The notes under the pieces were generated by a model that ran no database searches, was not told the DNA's origin, and saw only the letters and a list, made by a program, of their open reading frames with translations. The translations under genes and the position numbers were made by a program. Positions 25,330 to 39,559 of a stretch of DNA of 64,000 nucleotides are shown here, one piece after another. The stretch comes from Eledone cirrhosa (taxonomy: Eukaryota): the NCBI GenBank assembly GCA_964016885.1, contig OZ024744.1:92256001-92320000 (forward strand), written 5' to 3'. Positions within the stretch are counted from its first letter, which is position 1. Each line of letters begins with the position of its first letter.

Positions 25330-28300
25330 CTTGTTTCAGTCATTAGACTGTGGCCATGCTGGGGCACTGCCTTCTTTTACTGGTTTCAGTCATTAGACTG
25401 TGGCCATGCTTGGGCACTGCCTTCTTTTACTGGTTTCAGTCATGGGACAGTGGCCATGCTGGGGCACTGCCTTCTTTTACTGGTTTCAGTCATTGGACTG
25501 TGGCCATGCTGGGGCACTGCATTCTTTTACTGGTTTCTGTCATTAGACTGTGGCCATGCTGGGGCACTGCCTTCTTTTACTGGTTACAGTCATTATACTG
25601 TGGCCATGCTGGGGCACTTTTTTCTTTTACTGGTTTCAGTCATTAGACTGTGGCCATGCTGGGGCACTGCATTCTATTACTGGTTTCAGTCATTGGACTG
25701 TGGCCATGCTGGGGCACTGCATTCTATTACTGGTTTCAGTCATTAGACTGTGGCCATGCTGGGGCACTGTCTTCTTTTACTGGTTTCAGTCATTGGACTG
25801 TGGCCATGCTGGGGCACTGCCTTCTTTTACTGGTTTCAGTCATTGGACTGTGGCCATGCTGGGGCACTGCCTTCTTTTACTGGTTTCAGTCATTGGACTG
25901 TGGCCATGCTGGGGCACTGCCTTCTTTTACTGGTTTCAGTCATTAGACTGTGGCCATGCTGGGGCACTGCATTCTTTTAATGGTTTCAGTCACTAGACTG
26001 TGGCCATGCTGGGGCACTGCCTTCTCTTACTGGTTTCAGTCATTAGACTGTGGCCATGCTGGGTCAATGCATTCTTTTACTGGTTTCAGTCGTTAGACTG
26101 TGGCCATGCTGGGGCACTGCCTTCATTTACTGGTTTCAGTCATTTGACTGTGGCCATGCTGGGGCACTGCATTCTTTTACTGGTTTCTCTCATTTGACTG
26201 TGGCCATGCTGGGTCACTGCATTCTTTTACTGGTTTCAGTCATTGGACTGTACCCATGCTGGGGTACTGCCTTCTTTTACTAGTTTCAGTCATTAGACTG
26301 TGGCCATGCTGGGGCACTGCCTTCTTTTACTGGTTTCAATCATTAGACTGTAGCCATGCTGGGGCACTGCCTTCTTTTACTGGTTTCAGTCATTAGACTC
26401 TGGCCATGCTTGGGCACTGCCTTCTTTTACTGGTTTCAGTCATTGGACTGTGGCCATGCTGGGGCACTGCATCCTTTTACTGGTTTCAGTCATTAGACTG
26501 TGGCCATGCTGGGGCACTGCATTCTTTTGCTGGTTTCAATCATTGGGCTGTGGCCATACTGGTGCTCTGCATCCTTTTACTGGTTTCAGTCATTAGACTG
26601 TGGCCATGCTGGGGCACTGCCTTCTTTTAATGGTTTCAGTCATTGGACTGTGGCCATGCTGGGGCACTGCATTCTTTTACTGGTTTCAGTCATTAGACTG
26701 TGGCCATGCTGGGGCACTGCCTTCATTTACTGGTTTCAGTCATTGGACTGTGGCCATGCTGGGGCACTGCATTCTTTTACTGGTTTCAGTCATTGGACTG
26801 TGGCCATGCTGGGGCACTGCATTCTTTTACTGGTTTCTGTCATTAGACTGTGGCCATGCTGGTGCACTGCCTTCTTTTACTGGTTACAGTCATTAGACTG
26901 TGGCCATGCTGGTGCACTGCTTCTTTTACTGGTTTCAGTCATTAGACTGTGGCCATGCTGGGGCACTGCATTCTTTTACTGGTTTCAGTCATTGGACTGT
27001 GGCCATGCTGGGGCACTGCATTCTTTTACTGGTTTCAGTCATTAGACTGTGGCAATGCTGGGGCACTGCCTTCTTTTACTGGTTTCAGTCATTGGACTGT
27101 GGCCATGCTGGGGCACTGCATTCTTTTACTGGTTTCAGTCATTAGACTGTGGCCATGCTGGGGCACTGCATTCTTTTACTGGTTTCAGTCATTAGACTGT
27201 GGCCATGCTGGGGCACTGCATTCTTTTACTGGTTTCAGTCATTGGACTGTGGCCATACTGGGGCACTGCATTCTTTTACTGGTTTCAGTCATTAGACTGT
27301 GGCCATGCTGGGGCACTGCATTCTTTTACTGGTTTCAGTCATTAGACTGTGGCCATGCTGGGGCACTGCATTCTTTTACTGGTTTCAGTCATTGGACTGC
27401 GGCCATGCTGGGGCACGGCATTCTTTTACTGGTTTCAGTCATTAGACTGTGGCCATGCTGGGGCACTGCATTCTTTTACTGGTTTCAGTCATTGGACTGT
27501 GGCCATGCTGGGGCACTGCATTCTTTTACTGGTTTCAGTCATTAGACTGTGGCCATGCTGGGGCACTGCCTTCATTTACTGGTTTCAGTCATTGGACTGT
27601 GGCCATGCTGGGGCACTGCATTCTTTTACTGGTTTCAGTCATTAGACTGTGGCCATGCTGGGGTACTGCATTCTTTTACTGGTTTCAGTCATTGGACTGT
27701 GGCCATGCTGGGGCACTGCATTCTTTTACTGGTTTCAGTCATTGGACTGTGGCCATGCTGGGGCACTGCATTCTTTTACTGGTTTCAGTCATTAGACTGT
27801 GGCCATGCTGGGGCACTGCATTCTTTTACTGGTTTCAGTCATTAGACTGTGGCCATGCTGGGGCACTGCATTCTTTTACTGGTTTCAGTCATTGGACTGT
27901 GGCCATGCTGGGGCACTGCATTCTTTTACTGGTTTCAGTCATTAGACTGTGGTCATGCTGGGGCACTGCATTCTTTTACTGGTTTCAGTCATTGGACTGT
28001 GGCCATGCTGGGGCACTGTATTCTTTTACTTGTTTCAGTCATTAGACTGTGGCCATGCTGGGGCACTGCATTCTTTTACTGGTTTCAGTCATTAGACTGT
28101 GGCCATGCTTGGGCACTGCCTTCTTTTACTGGTTTCAGTCATGGGACTGTGGCCATGCTGGGGCACTGCCTTCTTTTACTGGTTTCACTCATTGGACTGT
28201 GGCCGTGCTGGGGCACTGCATTCTTTTACTGGTTTCTGTCATTAGACTGTGGCCATGCTGGGGCACTGCCTTCTTTTACTGGTTACAGTCATTATACTGT

Positions 28301-31300
28301 GGCCATGCTGGGGCACTTTCTTCTTTTACAGGTTTCAGTCATTAGACTGTGGCCATGCTGGGGCACTGCTTCTTTTACTGGTTTCAGTTATTGGACTGTG
28401 ATCATGCTGGGGCACTGCATTCTTTTACTGGTTTCAGTCATTAGACTGTGACCATGCTGGGGCACTGCCTTCCTTTACTGGTTTCTGTCATTAGACTGTC
28501 GCCATGCTGGGGCACTGCCTTCTTCTACTGGTTTCAGTCATTAGACTGTGGCCATGCTGGGGCACTTTCTTCTTTTACTGGTTTCAGTCATTAGATTGTG
28601 GCCATGCTGGGGCACTGCAGTCTTTTACTGGTTTCAGTCATTAGACTGTGGCCATGCTGGGGCACTGCCTTCTTTTACTGGTTTCAGTCATTGGACTGTG
28701 GCCATGCTGTGGCACTGCCTTCTTTTACTGGTTTCAGTCATTGGACTGTGGCCATGCTGGGGCACTGCATTCTTTTACTTGTTTCAGTCATTAGACTGTG
28801 GCCATGCTGGGGCACTGCCTTCTTTTACTGGTTTCAGTCATTAGACTGTGGCCATGCTTGGGCACTGCCTTCTTTTACTGGTTTCAGTCATGGGACAGTG
28901 GCCATGCTGGGGCACTGCCTTCTTTTACTGGTTTCAGTCATTGGACTGTGGCCATGCTGGGGCACTGCATTCTTTTACTGGTTTCTGTCATTAGACTGTG
29001 GCCATGCTGGGGCACTGCCTTCTTTTACTGGTTACAGTCATTATACTGTGGCCATGCTGGGGCACTTTTTTCTTTTACTGGTTTCAGTCATTAGACTGTG
29101 GCCATGCTGGGGCACTGCATTCTATTACTGGTTTCAGTCATTGGACTGTGGCCATGCTGGGGCACTGCATTCTATTACTGGTTTCAGTCATTAGACTGTG
29201 GCCATGCTGGGGCACTGTCTTCTTTTACTGGTTTCAGTCATTGGACTGTGGCCATGCTGGGGCACTGCCTTCTTTTACTGGTTTCAGTCATTGGACTGTG
29301 GCCATGCTGGGGCACTGCCTTCTTTTACTGGTTTCAGTCATTGGACTGTGGCCATGCTGGGGCACTGCCTTCTTTTACTGGTTTCAGTCACTAGACTGTG
29401 GCCATGCTGGGGCACTGCATTCTTTTAATGGTTTCAGTCACTAGACTGTGGCCATGCTGGGGCACTGCCTTCTCTTACTGGTTTCAGTCATTAGACTGTG
29501 GCCATGCTGGGTCAATGCATTCTTTTACTGGTTTCAGTCGTTAGACTGTGGCCATGCTGGGGCACTGCCTTCATTTACTGGTTTCAGTCATTTGACTGTG
29601 GCCATGCTGGGGCACTGCATTCTTTTACTGGTTTCTCTCATTTGACTGTGGCCATGCTGGGTCACTGCATTCTTTTACTGGTTTCAGTCATTGGACTGTA
29701 CCCATGCTGGGGTACTGCCTTCTTTTACTAGTTTCAGTCATTAGACTGTGGCCATGCTGGGGCACTGCCTTCTTTTACTGGTTTCAATCATTAGACTGTA
29801 GCCATGCTGGGGCACTGCCTTCTTTTACTGGTTTCAGTCATTAGACTCTGGCCATGCTTGGGCACTGCCTTCTTTTACTGGTTTCAGTCATTGGACTGTG
29901 GCCATGCTGGGGCACTGCATCCTTTTACTGGTTTCAGTCATTAGACTGTGGCCATGCTGGGGCACTGCATTCTTTTGCTGGTTTCAATCATTGGGCTGTG
30001 GCCATACTGGTGCTCTGCATCCTTTTACTGGTTTCAGTCATTAGACTGTGGCCATGCTGGGGCACTGCCTTCTTTTAATGGTTTCAGTCATTGGACTGTG
30101 GCCATGCTGGGGCACTGCATTCTTTTACTGGTTTCAGTCATTAGACTGTGGCCATGCTGGGGCACTGCCTTCATTTACTGGTTTCAGTCATTGGACTGTG
30201 GCCATGCTGGGGCACTGCATTCTTTTACTGGTTTCAGTCATTGGACTGTGGCCATGCTGGGGCACTGCATTCTTTTACTGGTTTCTGTCATTAGACTGTG
30301 GCCATGCTGGTGCACTGCCTTCTTTTACTGGTTACAGTCATTAGACTGTGGCCATGCTGGAGCACTGCTTCTTTTACTGGTTTTAGTCATTAGACTGTGG
30401 CCATGCTGGGGCACTGCATTCTTTTACTGGTTTCAGTCATTGGACTGTGGCCATGCTGGGGCACTGCATTCTTTTACTGGTTTCAGTCATTAGACTGTGG
30501 CAATGCTGGGGCACTGCCTTCTTTTACTGGTTTCAGTCATTGGACTGTGGCCATGCTGGGGCACTGCATTCTTTTACTGGTTTCAGTCATTAGACTGTGG
30601 CCATGCTGGGGCACTGCATTCTTTTACTGGTTTCAGTCATTAGACTGTGGCCATGCTGGGGCACTGCATTCTTTTACTGGTTTCAGTCATTGGACTGTGG
30701 CCATACTGGGGCACTGCATTCTTTTACTGGTTTCAGTCATTAGACTGTGGCCATGCTGGGGCACTGCATTCTTTTACTGGTTTCAGTCATTAGACTGTGG
30801 CCATGCTGGGGCACTGCATTCTTTTACTGGTTTCAGTCATTGGACTGCGGCCATGCTGGGGCACGGCATTCTTTTACTGGTTTCAGTCATTAGACTGTGG
30901 CCATGCTGGGGCACTGCATTCTTTTACTGGTTTCAGTCATTGGACTGTGGCCATGCTGGGGCACTGCATTCTTTTACTGGTTTCAGTCATTAGACTGTGG
31001 CCATGCTGGGGCACTGCCTTCATTTACTGGTTTCAGTCATTGGACTGTGGCCATGCTGGGGCACTGCATTCTTTTACTGGTTTCAGTCATTAGACTGTGG
31101 CCATGCTGGGGTACTGCATTCTTTTACTGGTTTCAGTCATTGGACTGTGGCCATGCTGGGGCACTGCATTCTTTTACTGGTTTCAGTCATTGGACTGTGG
31201 CCATGCTGGGGCACTGCATTCTTTTACTGGTTTCAGTCATTAGACTGTGGCCATGCTGGGGCACTGCATTCTTTTACTGGTTTCAGTCATTAGACTGTGG

Positions 31301-32230
31301 CCATGCTGGGGCACTGCATTCTTTTACTGGTTTCAGTCATTGGACTGTGGCCATGCTGGGGCACTGCATTCTTTTACTGGTTTCAGTCATTAGACTGTGG
31401 CCATGCTGGGGCACTGCATTCTTTTACTGGTTTCAGTCATTGGACTGTGGCCATGCTGGGGCACTGTATTCTTTTACTTGTTTCAGTCATTAGACTGTGG
31501 CCATGCTGGGGCACTGCATTCTTTTACTGGTTTCAGTCATTAGACTGTGGCCATGCTTGGGCACTGCCTTCTTTTACTGGTTTCAGTCATGGGACTGTGG
31601 CCATGCTGGGGCACTGCCTTCTTTTACTGGTTTCACTCATTGGACTGTGGCCGTGCTGGGGCACTGCATTCTTTTACTGGTTTCTGTCATTAGACTGTGG
31701 CCATGCTGGGGCACTGCCTTCTTTTACTGGTTACAGTCATTATACTGTGGCCATGCTGGGGCACTTTCTTCTTTTACTGGTTTCAGTCATTAGACTGTGG
31801 CCATGCTGGGGCACTGCTTCTTTTACTGGTTTCAGTTATTGGACTGTGATCATGCTGGGGCACTGCATTCTTTTACTGGTTTCAGTCATTAGACTGTGAC
31901 CATGCTGGGGCACTGCCTTCCTTTACTGGTTTCTGTCATTAGACTGTCGCCATGCTGGGGCACTGCCTTCTTCTACTGGTTTCAGTCATTAGACTGTGGC
32001 CATGCTGGGGCACTTTCTTCTTTTACTGGTTTCAGTCATTAGATTGTGGCCATGCTGGGGCACTGCAGTCTTTTACTGGTTTCAGTCATTAGACTGTGGC
32101 CATGCTGGGGCACTGCCTTCTTTTACTGGTTTCAGTCATTGGACTGTGGCCATGCTGTGGCACTGCCTTCTTTTACTGGTTTCAGTCATTGGACTGTGGC
32201 CATGCTGGGGCACTGCATTCTTTTACTGGT
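25330..32230. repeat. 3,448-bp (69-monomer) tandem duplication
   Basis: Matching variant strings and ORFs at offset 3448: 25550/28998, 26000/29448, 26949/30397, 27849/31297, 28548/31996. Confidence 0.92.
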
Positions 32231-33539
32231 TTCTGTCATTAGACTGTGGCCATGCTGGGGCACTGCCTTCTTTTACTGGTTTCTGTCATTAGACTATGGC
32301 CATGCTGGGGCACTGCAGTCTTTTACTGGTTTCAGTCATTGGACTGTGGCCATGCTGGGTCACTGCATTCTTTTACTGGTTTCAGTCATTGGACTGTGGC
32401 CATGCTGGGGCACTGCATTCTTTTACTGGTTTCAGTCATTAGACTGTGGCCATGCTGGGGCACTGCCTTTTTTTACTGGTTTCTGTCATTAGACTGTGGC
32501 CATGCTGGGGCACTGCCTTCTTTTACTGGTTTCAGTCATTGGACTGTGGCCATGCTGGGGCACTGCATTCTTTTACTGGTTTCAGTCATTAGACTGTGGC
32601 CATGCTGGGGCACTGCCTTCTTTTACTGGTTTCAGTCATTGGACTGTGGCCATGCTGGGGCACTGCATTCTTTTACTGGTTTCAGTCATTAGACTGTGGC
32701 CATGCTGGGGCACTGCCTTCTTTTACTGGTTTCTGTCATTAGACTGTGGCCATGCTGGGGCACTGCCTTCTTTTACTGGTTTCAGTCATTGGACTGTGGC
32801 CATGCTGGGGCACTGCATTCTTTTACTGGTTTCAGTCATTAGACTGTGGCCATGCTGGGGCACTGCCTTCTTTTACTGGTTTCAGTCATTGGACTGTGGC
32901 CATACTGGGGCACTGCCTTCGTTTACTGGTTTCAGTCATTAGACTGTGGCCATGCTGGGGCACTGCCTTCTTTTACTGGTTTCAGTCATTGGACTGTGGC
33001 CATGCTGGGGCACTGCCTTCTTTTACTGGTTTCAGTCATTAGACTGTGGCCATACTGGGGCACTGCCTTCGTTTACTGGTTTCAGTAATTAGACTGTGGC
33101 CATGCTGGGGCACTGCCTTCTTTTATTGGTTTCATTCATTGGACTGTGGCCATGCTGGGGCACTGCATTCTTTTACTGGTTTCAGTCATTGGACTGTGGC
33201 CATGCTGGGGCACTGCATTCTTTTACTGGTTTCAGTCATTGGACTGTGGCCATGCTGGGGCACTGCATTCTTTTACTGGTTTCAGTCATTAGACTGTGGC
33301 CATGCTTGGGCACTGCCTTCTTTTACTGGTTTCAGTCATGGGACTGTGGCCATGCTGGGGCACTGCCTTCTTTTACTGGTTTCAGTCATTGGACTGTGGC
33401 CATGCTGGGGCACTGCATTCTTTTACTGGTTTCTGTCATTAGACTGTGGCCATGCTGGTGCACTGCCTTCTTTTACTGGTTACAGTCATTATACTGTGGC
33501 CATGCTGGAGCACTGCTTCTTTTACTGGTTTCAGTCATT

Positions 33540-36500
33540 AGACTGTGGCCATGCTGGGGCACTGCATTCTTTTACTGGTTTCAGTCATTGGACTGTGGCC
33601 ATGCTGGGGCACTGCATTCTTTTACTGGTTTCAGTCATTAGACTGTGGCAATGCTGGGGCACTGCCTTCTTTTACTGGTTTCAGTCATTGGACTGTGGCC
33701 ATGCTGGGGCACTGCATTCTTTTACTGGTTTCAGTCATTAGACTGTGGCCATGCTGGGGCACTGCATTCTTTTACTGGTTTCAGTCATTAGACTGTGGCC
33801 ATGCTGGGGCACTGCATTCTTTTACTGGTTTCAGTCATTGGACTGTGGCCATGCTGGGGCACTGCATTCTTTTACTGGTTTCAGTCATTAGACTGTAGCC
33901 ATGCTGGGGCACTGCATTCTTTTACTGGTTTCAGTCATTGGACTGTGGCCATGCTGGGGCACTGCATTCTTTTACTGGTTTCAGTCATTAGACTGTGGCC
34001 ATGCTGGGGCACTGCCTTCTTTTACTGGTTTCAGTCATTGGACTGTGGCCATGCTGGGGCACTGCATTCTTTTACTGGTTTCAGTCATTAGACTGTGGCC
34101 ATGCTGGGGCACTGCATTCTTTTACTGGTTTCAGTCATTGGACTGTGGCCATGCTGGGGCACTGCATTCTTTTACTGGTTTCAGTCATTGGACTGTGGCC
34201 ATGCTGGGGCACTGCATTCTTTTACTGGTTTCAGTCATTAGACTGTGGCCATGCTGGGGCACTGCATTCTTTTACTGGTTTCAGTCATTAGACTGTGGCC
34301 ATGCTGGGGCACTGCATTCTTTTACTGGTTTCAGTCATTAGACTGTGGCCATGCTGGGGCACTGCATTCTTTTACTGGTTTCAGTCATTGGACTGTGGCC
34401 ATGCTGGGGCACTGCATTCTTTTACTGGTTTCAGTCATTAGACTGTGGCCATGCTGGGGCACTGCATTCTTTTACTGGTTTCAGTCATTGGACTGTGGCC
34501 ATGCTGGGGCACTGCATTCTTTTACTGGTTTCAGTCATTAGACTGTGGCCATGCTGGGGCACTGCCTTCTTTTACTGGTTTCAGTCATTGGACTGTGGCC
34601 ATGCTGGGGCACTGCATTCTTTTACTGGTTTCAGTCATTAGACTGTGGCCATGCTGGGGCACTGCATTCTTTTACTGGTTTCAGTCATTGGACTGTGGCC
34701 ATGCTGGGACACTGCATTCTTTTACTGGTTTCAGTCATTGGACTGTGGCCATGCTGGGGCACTGCATTCTTTTACTGGTTTCAGTCATTAGACTGTGGCC
34801 ATGCTGGGGCACTGCATTCTTTTACTGGTTTCAGTCATTAGACTGTGGCCATGCTGGGGCACTGCATTCTTTTACTGGTTTCAGTCATTGGACTGCGGCC
34901 ATGCTGGGGCACTGCATTCTTTTACTGGTTTCAATCATTAGACTGTGGCCATGCTGGGGCACTGCATTCTTTTACTGGTTTCAGTCATTGGACTGTGGCC
35001 ATGCTGGGGCACTGCATTCTTTTACTGGTTTCAGTCATTAGACTGTGGCCATGCTGGGGCACTGCCTTCATTTACTGGTTTCAGTCATTGGATTGTGGCC
35101 ATGCTGGGGCACTGCATTCTTTTACTGGTTTCAGTCATTAGACTGTGGCCATGCTGGGGCACTGCATTCTTTTACTGGTTTCAGTCATTGGACTGTGGCC
35201 ATGCTGGGGCACTGCATTCTTTTACTGGTTTCAGTCATTGGACTGTGGCCATGCTGGGGCACTGCATTCTTTTACTGGTTTCAGTCATTAGACTGTGGCC
35301 ATGCTGGGGCACTGCATTCTTTTACTGGTTTCAGTCATTAGACTGTGGCCATGCTGGGGCACTGCATTCTTTTACTGGTTTCAGTCATTGGACTGTGGCC
35401 ATGCTGGGGCACTGCATTCTTTTACTGGTTTCAGTCATTAGACTGTGGCCATGCTGGGGCACTGCATTCTTTTACTGGTTTCAGTCATTGGACTGTGGCC
35501 ATGCTGGGGCACTGTATTCTTTTACTTGTTTCAGTCATTAGACTGTGGCCATGCTGGGGCACTGCCTTCTTTTACTGGTTTCAGTCATTAGACTGTGGCC
35601 ATGCTTGGGCACTGCCTTCTTTTACTGGTTTCAGTCATGGGACAGTGGCCATGCTGGGGCACTGCCTTCTTTTACTGGTTTCAGTCATTGGACTGTGGCC
35701 ATGCTGGGGCACTGCATTCTTTTACTGGTTTCTGTCATTAGACTGTGGCCATGCTGGGGCACTGCCTTCTTTTACTGGTTACAGTCATTATACTGTGGCC
35801 ATGCTGGGGCACTTTTTTCTTTTACTGGTTTCAGTCATTAGACTGTGGCCATGCTGGGGCACTGCATTCTATTACTGGTTTCAGTCATTGGACTGTGGCC
35901 ATGCTGGGGCACTGCATTCTATTACTGGTTTCAGTCATTAGACTGTGGCCATGCTGGGGCACTGTCTTCTTTTACTGGTTTCAGTCATTGGACTGTGGCC
36001 ATGCTGGGGCACTGCCTTCTTTTACTGGTTTCAGTCATTGGACTGTGGCCATGCTGGGGCACTGCCTTCTTTTACTGGTTTCAGTCATTGGACTGTGGCC
36101 ATGCTGGGGCACTGCCTTCTTTTACTGGTTTCAGTCATTAGACTGTGGCCATGCTGGGGCACTGCATTCTTTTAATGGTTTCAGTCACTAGACTGTGGCC
36201 ATGCTGGGGCACTGCCTTCTCTTACTGGTTTCAGTCATTAGACTGTGGCCATGCTGGGTCAATGCATTCTTTTACTGGTTTCAGTCGTTAGACTGTGGCC
36301 ATGCTGGGGCACTGCCTTCATTTACTGGTTTCAGTCATTTGACTGTGGCCATGCTGGGGCACTGCATTCTTTTACTGGTTTCTCTCATTTGACTGTGGCC
36401 ATGCTGGGTCACTGCATTCTTTTACTGGTTTCAGTCATTGGACTGTACCCATGCTGGGGTACTGCCTTCTTTTACTAGTTTCAGTCATTAGACTGTGGCC

Positions 36501-39340
36501 ATGCTGGGGCACTGCCTTCTTTTACTGGTTTCAATCATTAGACTGTAGCCATGCTGGGGCACTGCCTTCTTTTACTGGTTTCAGTCATTAGACTGTGGCC
36601 ATGCTGGGGCACTGCATTCTTTTACTGGTTTCAGTCATTGGACTGTGGCCATGCTGGGGCACTGCATTCTTTTACTGGTTTCAGTCATTAGACTGTGGCA
36701 ATGCTGGGGCACTGCCTTCTTTTACTGGTTTCAGTCATTGGACTGTGGCCATGCTGGGGCACTGCATTCTTTTACTGGTTTCAGTCATTAGACTGTGGCC
36801 ATGCTGGGGCACTGCATTCTTTTACTGGTTTCAGTCATTAGACTGTGGCCATGCTGGGGCACTGCATTCTTTTACTGGTTTCAGTCATTGGACTGTGGCC
36901 ATGCTGGGGCACTGCATTCTTTTACTGGTTTCAGTCATTAGACTGTAGCCATGCTGGGGCACTGCATTCTTTTACTGGTTTCAGTCATTGGACTGTGGCC
37001 ATGCTGGGGCACTGCATTCTTTTACTGGTTTCAGTCATTAGACTGTGGCCATGCTGGGGCACTGCCTTCTTTTACTGGTTTCAGTCATTGGACTGTGGCC
37101 ATGCTGGGGCACTGCATTCTTTTACTGGTTTCAGTCATTAGACTGTGGCCATGCTGGGGCACTGCATTCTTTTACTGGTTTCAGTCATTGGACTGTGGCC
37201 ATGCTGGGGCACTGCATTCTTTTACTGGTTTCAGTCATTGGACTGTGGCCATGCTGGGGCACTGCATTCTTTTACTGGTTTCAGTCATTAGACTGTGGCC
37301 ATGCTGGGGCACTGCATTCTTTTACTGGTTTCAGTCATTAGACTGTGGCCATGCTGGGGTACTGCATTCTTTTACTGGTTTCAGTCATTAGACTGTGGCC
37401 ATGCTGGGGCACTGCATTCTTTTACTGGTTTCAGTCATTGGACTGTGGCCATGCTGGGGCACTGCATTCTTTTACTGGTTTCAGTCATTAGACTGTGGCC
37501 ATGCTGGGGCACTGCATTCTTTTACTGGTTTCAGTCATTGGACTGTGGCCATGCTGGGGCACTGCATTCTTTTACTGGTTTCAGTCATTAGACTGTGGCC
37601 ATGCTGGGGCACTGCCTTCTTTTACTGGTTTCAGTCATTGGACTGTGGCCATGCTGGGGCACTGCATTCTTTTACTGGTTTCAGTCATTAGACTGTGGCC
37701 ATGCTGGGGCACTGCATTCTTTTACTGGTTTCAGTCATTGGACTGTGGCCATGCTGGGACACTGCATTCTTTTACTGGTTTCAGTCATTGGACTGTGGCC
37801 ATGCTGGGGCACTGCATTCTTTTACTGGTTTCAGTCATTAGACTGTGGCCATGCTGGGGCACTGCATTCTTTTACTGGTTTCAGTCATTAGACTGTGGCC
37901 ATGCTGGGGCACTGCATTCTTTTACTGGTTTCAGTCATTGGACTGCGGCCATGCTGGGGCACTGCATTCTTTTACTGGTTTCAGTCATTAGACTGTGGCC
38001 ATGCTGGGGCACTGCATTCTTTTACTGGTTTCAGTCATTGGACTGTGGCCATGCTGGGGCACTGCATTCTTTTACTGGTTTCAGTCATTAGACTGTGGCC
38101 ATGCTGGGGCACTGCCTTCATTTACTGGTTTCAGTCATTGGACTGTGGCCATGCTGGGGCACTGCATTCTTTTACTGGTTTCAGTCATTAGACTGTGGCC
38201 ATGCTGGGGCACTGCATTCTTTTACTGGTTTCAGTCATTGGACTGTGGCCATTCTGGGGCACTGCATTCTTTTACTGGTTTCAGTCATTGGACTGTGGCC
38301 ATGCTGGGGCACTGCATTCTTTTACTGGTTTCAGTCATTAGACTGTGGCCATGCTGGGGCACTGCATTCTTTTACTGGTTTCAGTCATTAGACTGTGGCC
38401 ATACTGGGGCACTGCATTCTTTTACTGGTTTCAGTCATTGGACTGTGGCCATGCTGGGGCACTGCATTCTTTTACTGGTTTCAGTCATTAGACTGTGGCC
38501 ATGCTGGGGCACTGCATTCTTTTACTGGTTTCAGTCATTGGACTGTGGCCATGCTGGGGCACTGTATTCTTTTACTTGTTTCAGTCATTAGACTGTGGCC
38601 ATGCTGGGGCACTGCCTTCTTTTACTGGTTTCAGTCATTAGACTGTGGCCATGCTTGGGCACTGCCTTCTTTTACTGGTTTCAGTCATGGGACAGTGGCC
38701 ATGCTGGGGCACTGCCTTTTTTTACTGGTTTCAGTCATTGGACTGTGGCCATGCTGGGGCACTGCATTCTTTTACTGGTTTCTGTCATTAGACTGTGGCC
38801 ATGCTGGGGCACTGCCTTCTTTTACTGGTTACAGTCATTATACTGTGGCCATGCTGGGGCACTTTTTTCTTTTACTGGTTTCAGTCATTAGACTGTGGCC
38901 ATGCTGGGGCACTGCATTCTATTACTGGTTTCAGTCATTGGACTGTGGCCATGCTGGGGCACTGCATTCTATTACTGGTTTCAGTCATTAGACTGTGGCC
39001 ATGCTGGGGCACTGTCTTCTTTTACTGGTTTCAGTCATTGGACTGTGGCCATGCTGGGGCACTGCCTTCTTTTACTGGTTTCAGTCATTGGACTGTGGCC
39101 ATGCTGGGGCACTGCCTTCTTTTACTGGTTTCAGTCATTGGACTGTGGCCATGCTGGGGCACTGCCTTCTTTTACTGGTTTCAGTCATTAGACTGTGGCC
39201 ATGCTGGGGCACTGCATTCTTTTAATGGTTTCAGTCACTAGACTGTGGCCATGCTGGGGCACTGCCTTCTCTTACTGGTTTCAGTCATTAGACTGTGGCC
39301 ATGCTGGGTCAATGCATTCTTTTACTGGTTTCAGTCGTCA
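33540..39340. repeat. 3,050-bp (61-monomer) tandem duplication
   Basis: Offset 3050: 33545/36595, 34445/37495, 35345/38395, 35945/38995, with shared GGCAATG, GTAGCC, GGGACAC, GACTGCGG and GGGACAGTGG variants. Confidence 0.92.
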
Positions 39341-39559
39341 GACTGTGGCCATGCTGGGGCACTGCCTTCTTTTACTGGTTTCAGTCATTGGACTGTGGCC
39401 ATGCTGGGGCACTGCCTTCTTTTACTGGTTTCAGTCATTAGACTGTGGCCATGCTGGGGCACTGCATTCTTTTAATGGTTTCAGTCACTAGACTGTGGCC
39501 ATGCTGGGGCACTGCCTTCTCTTACTGGTTTCAGTCATTAGACTGTGGCCACGCTGGGG

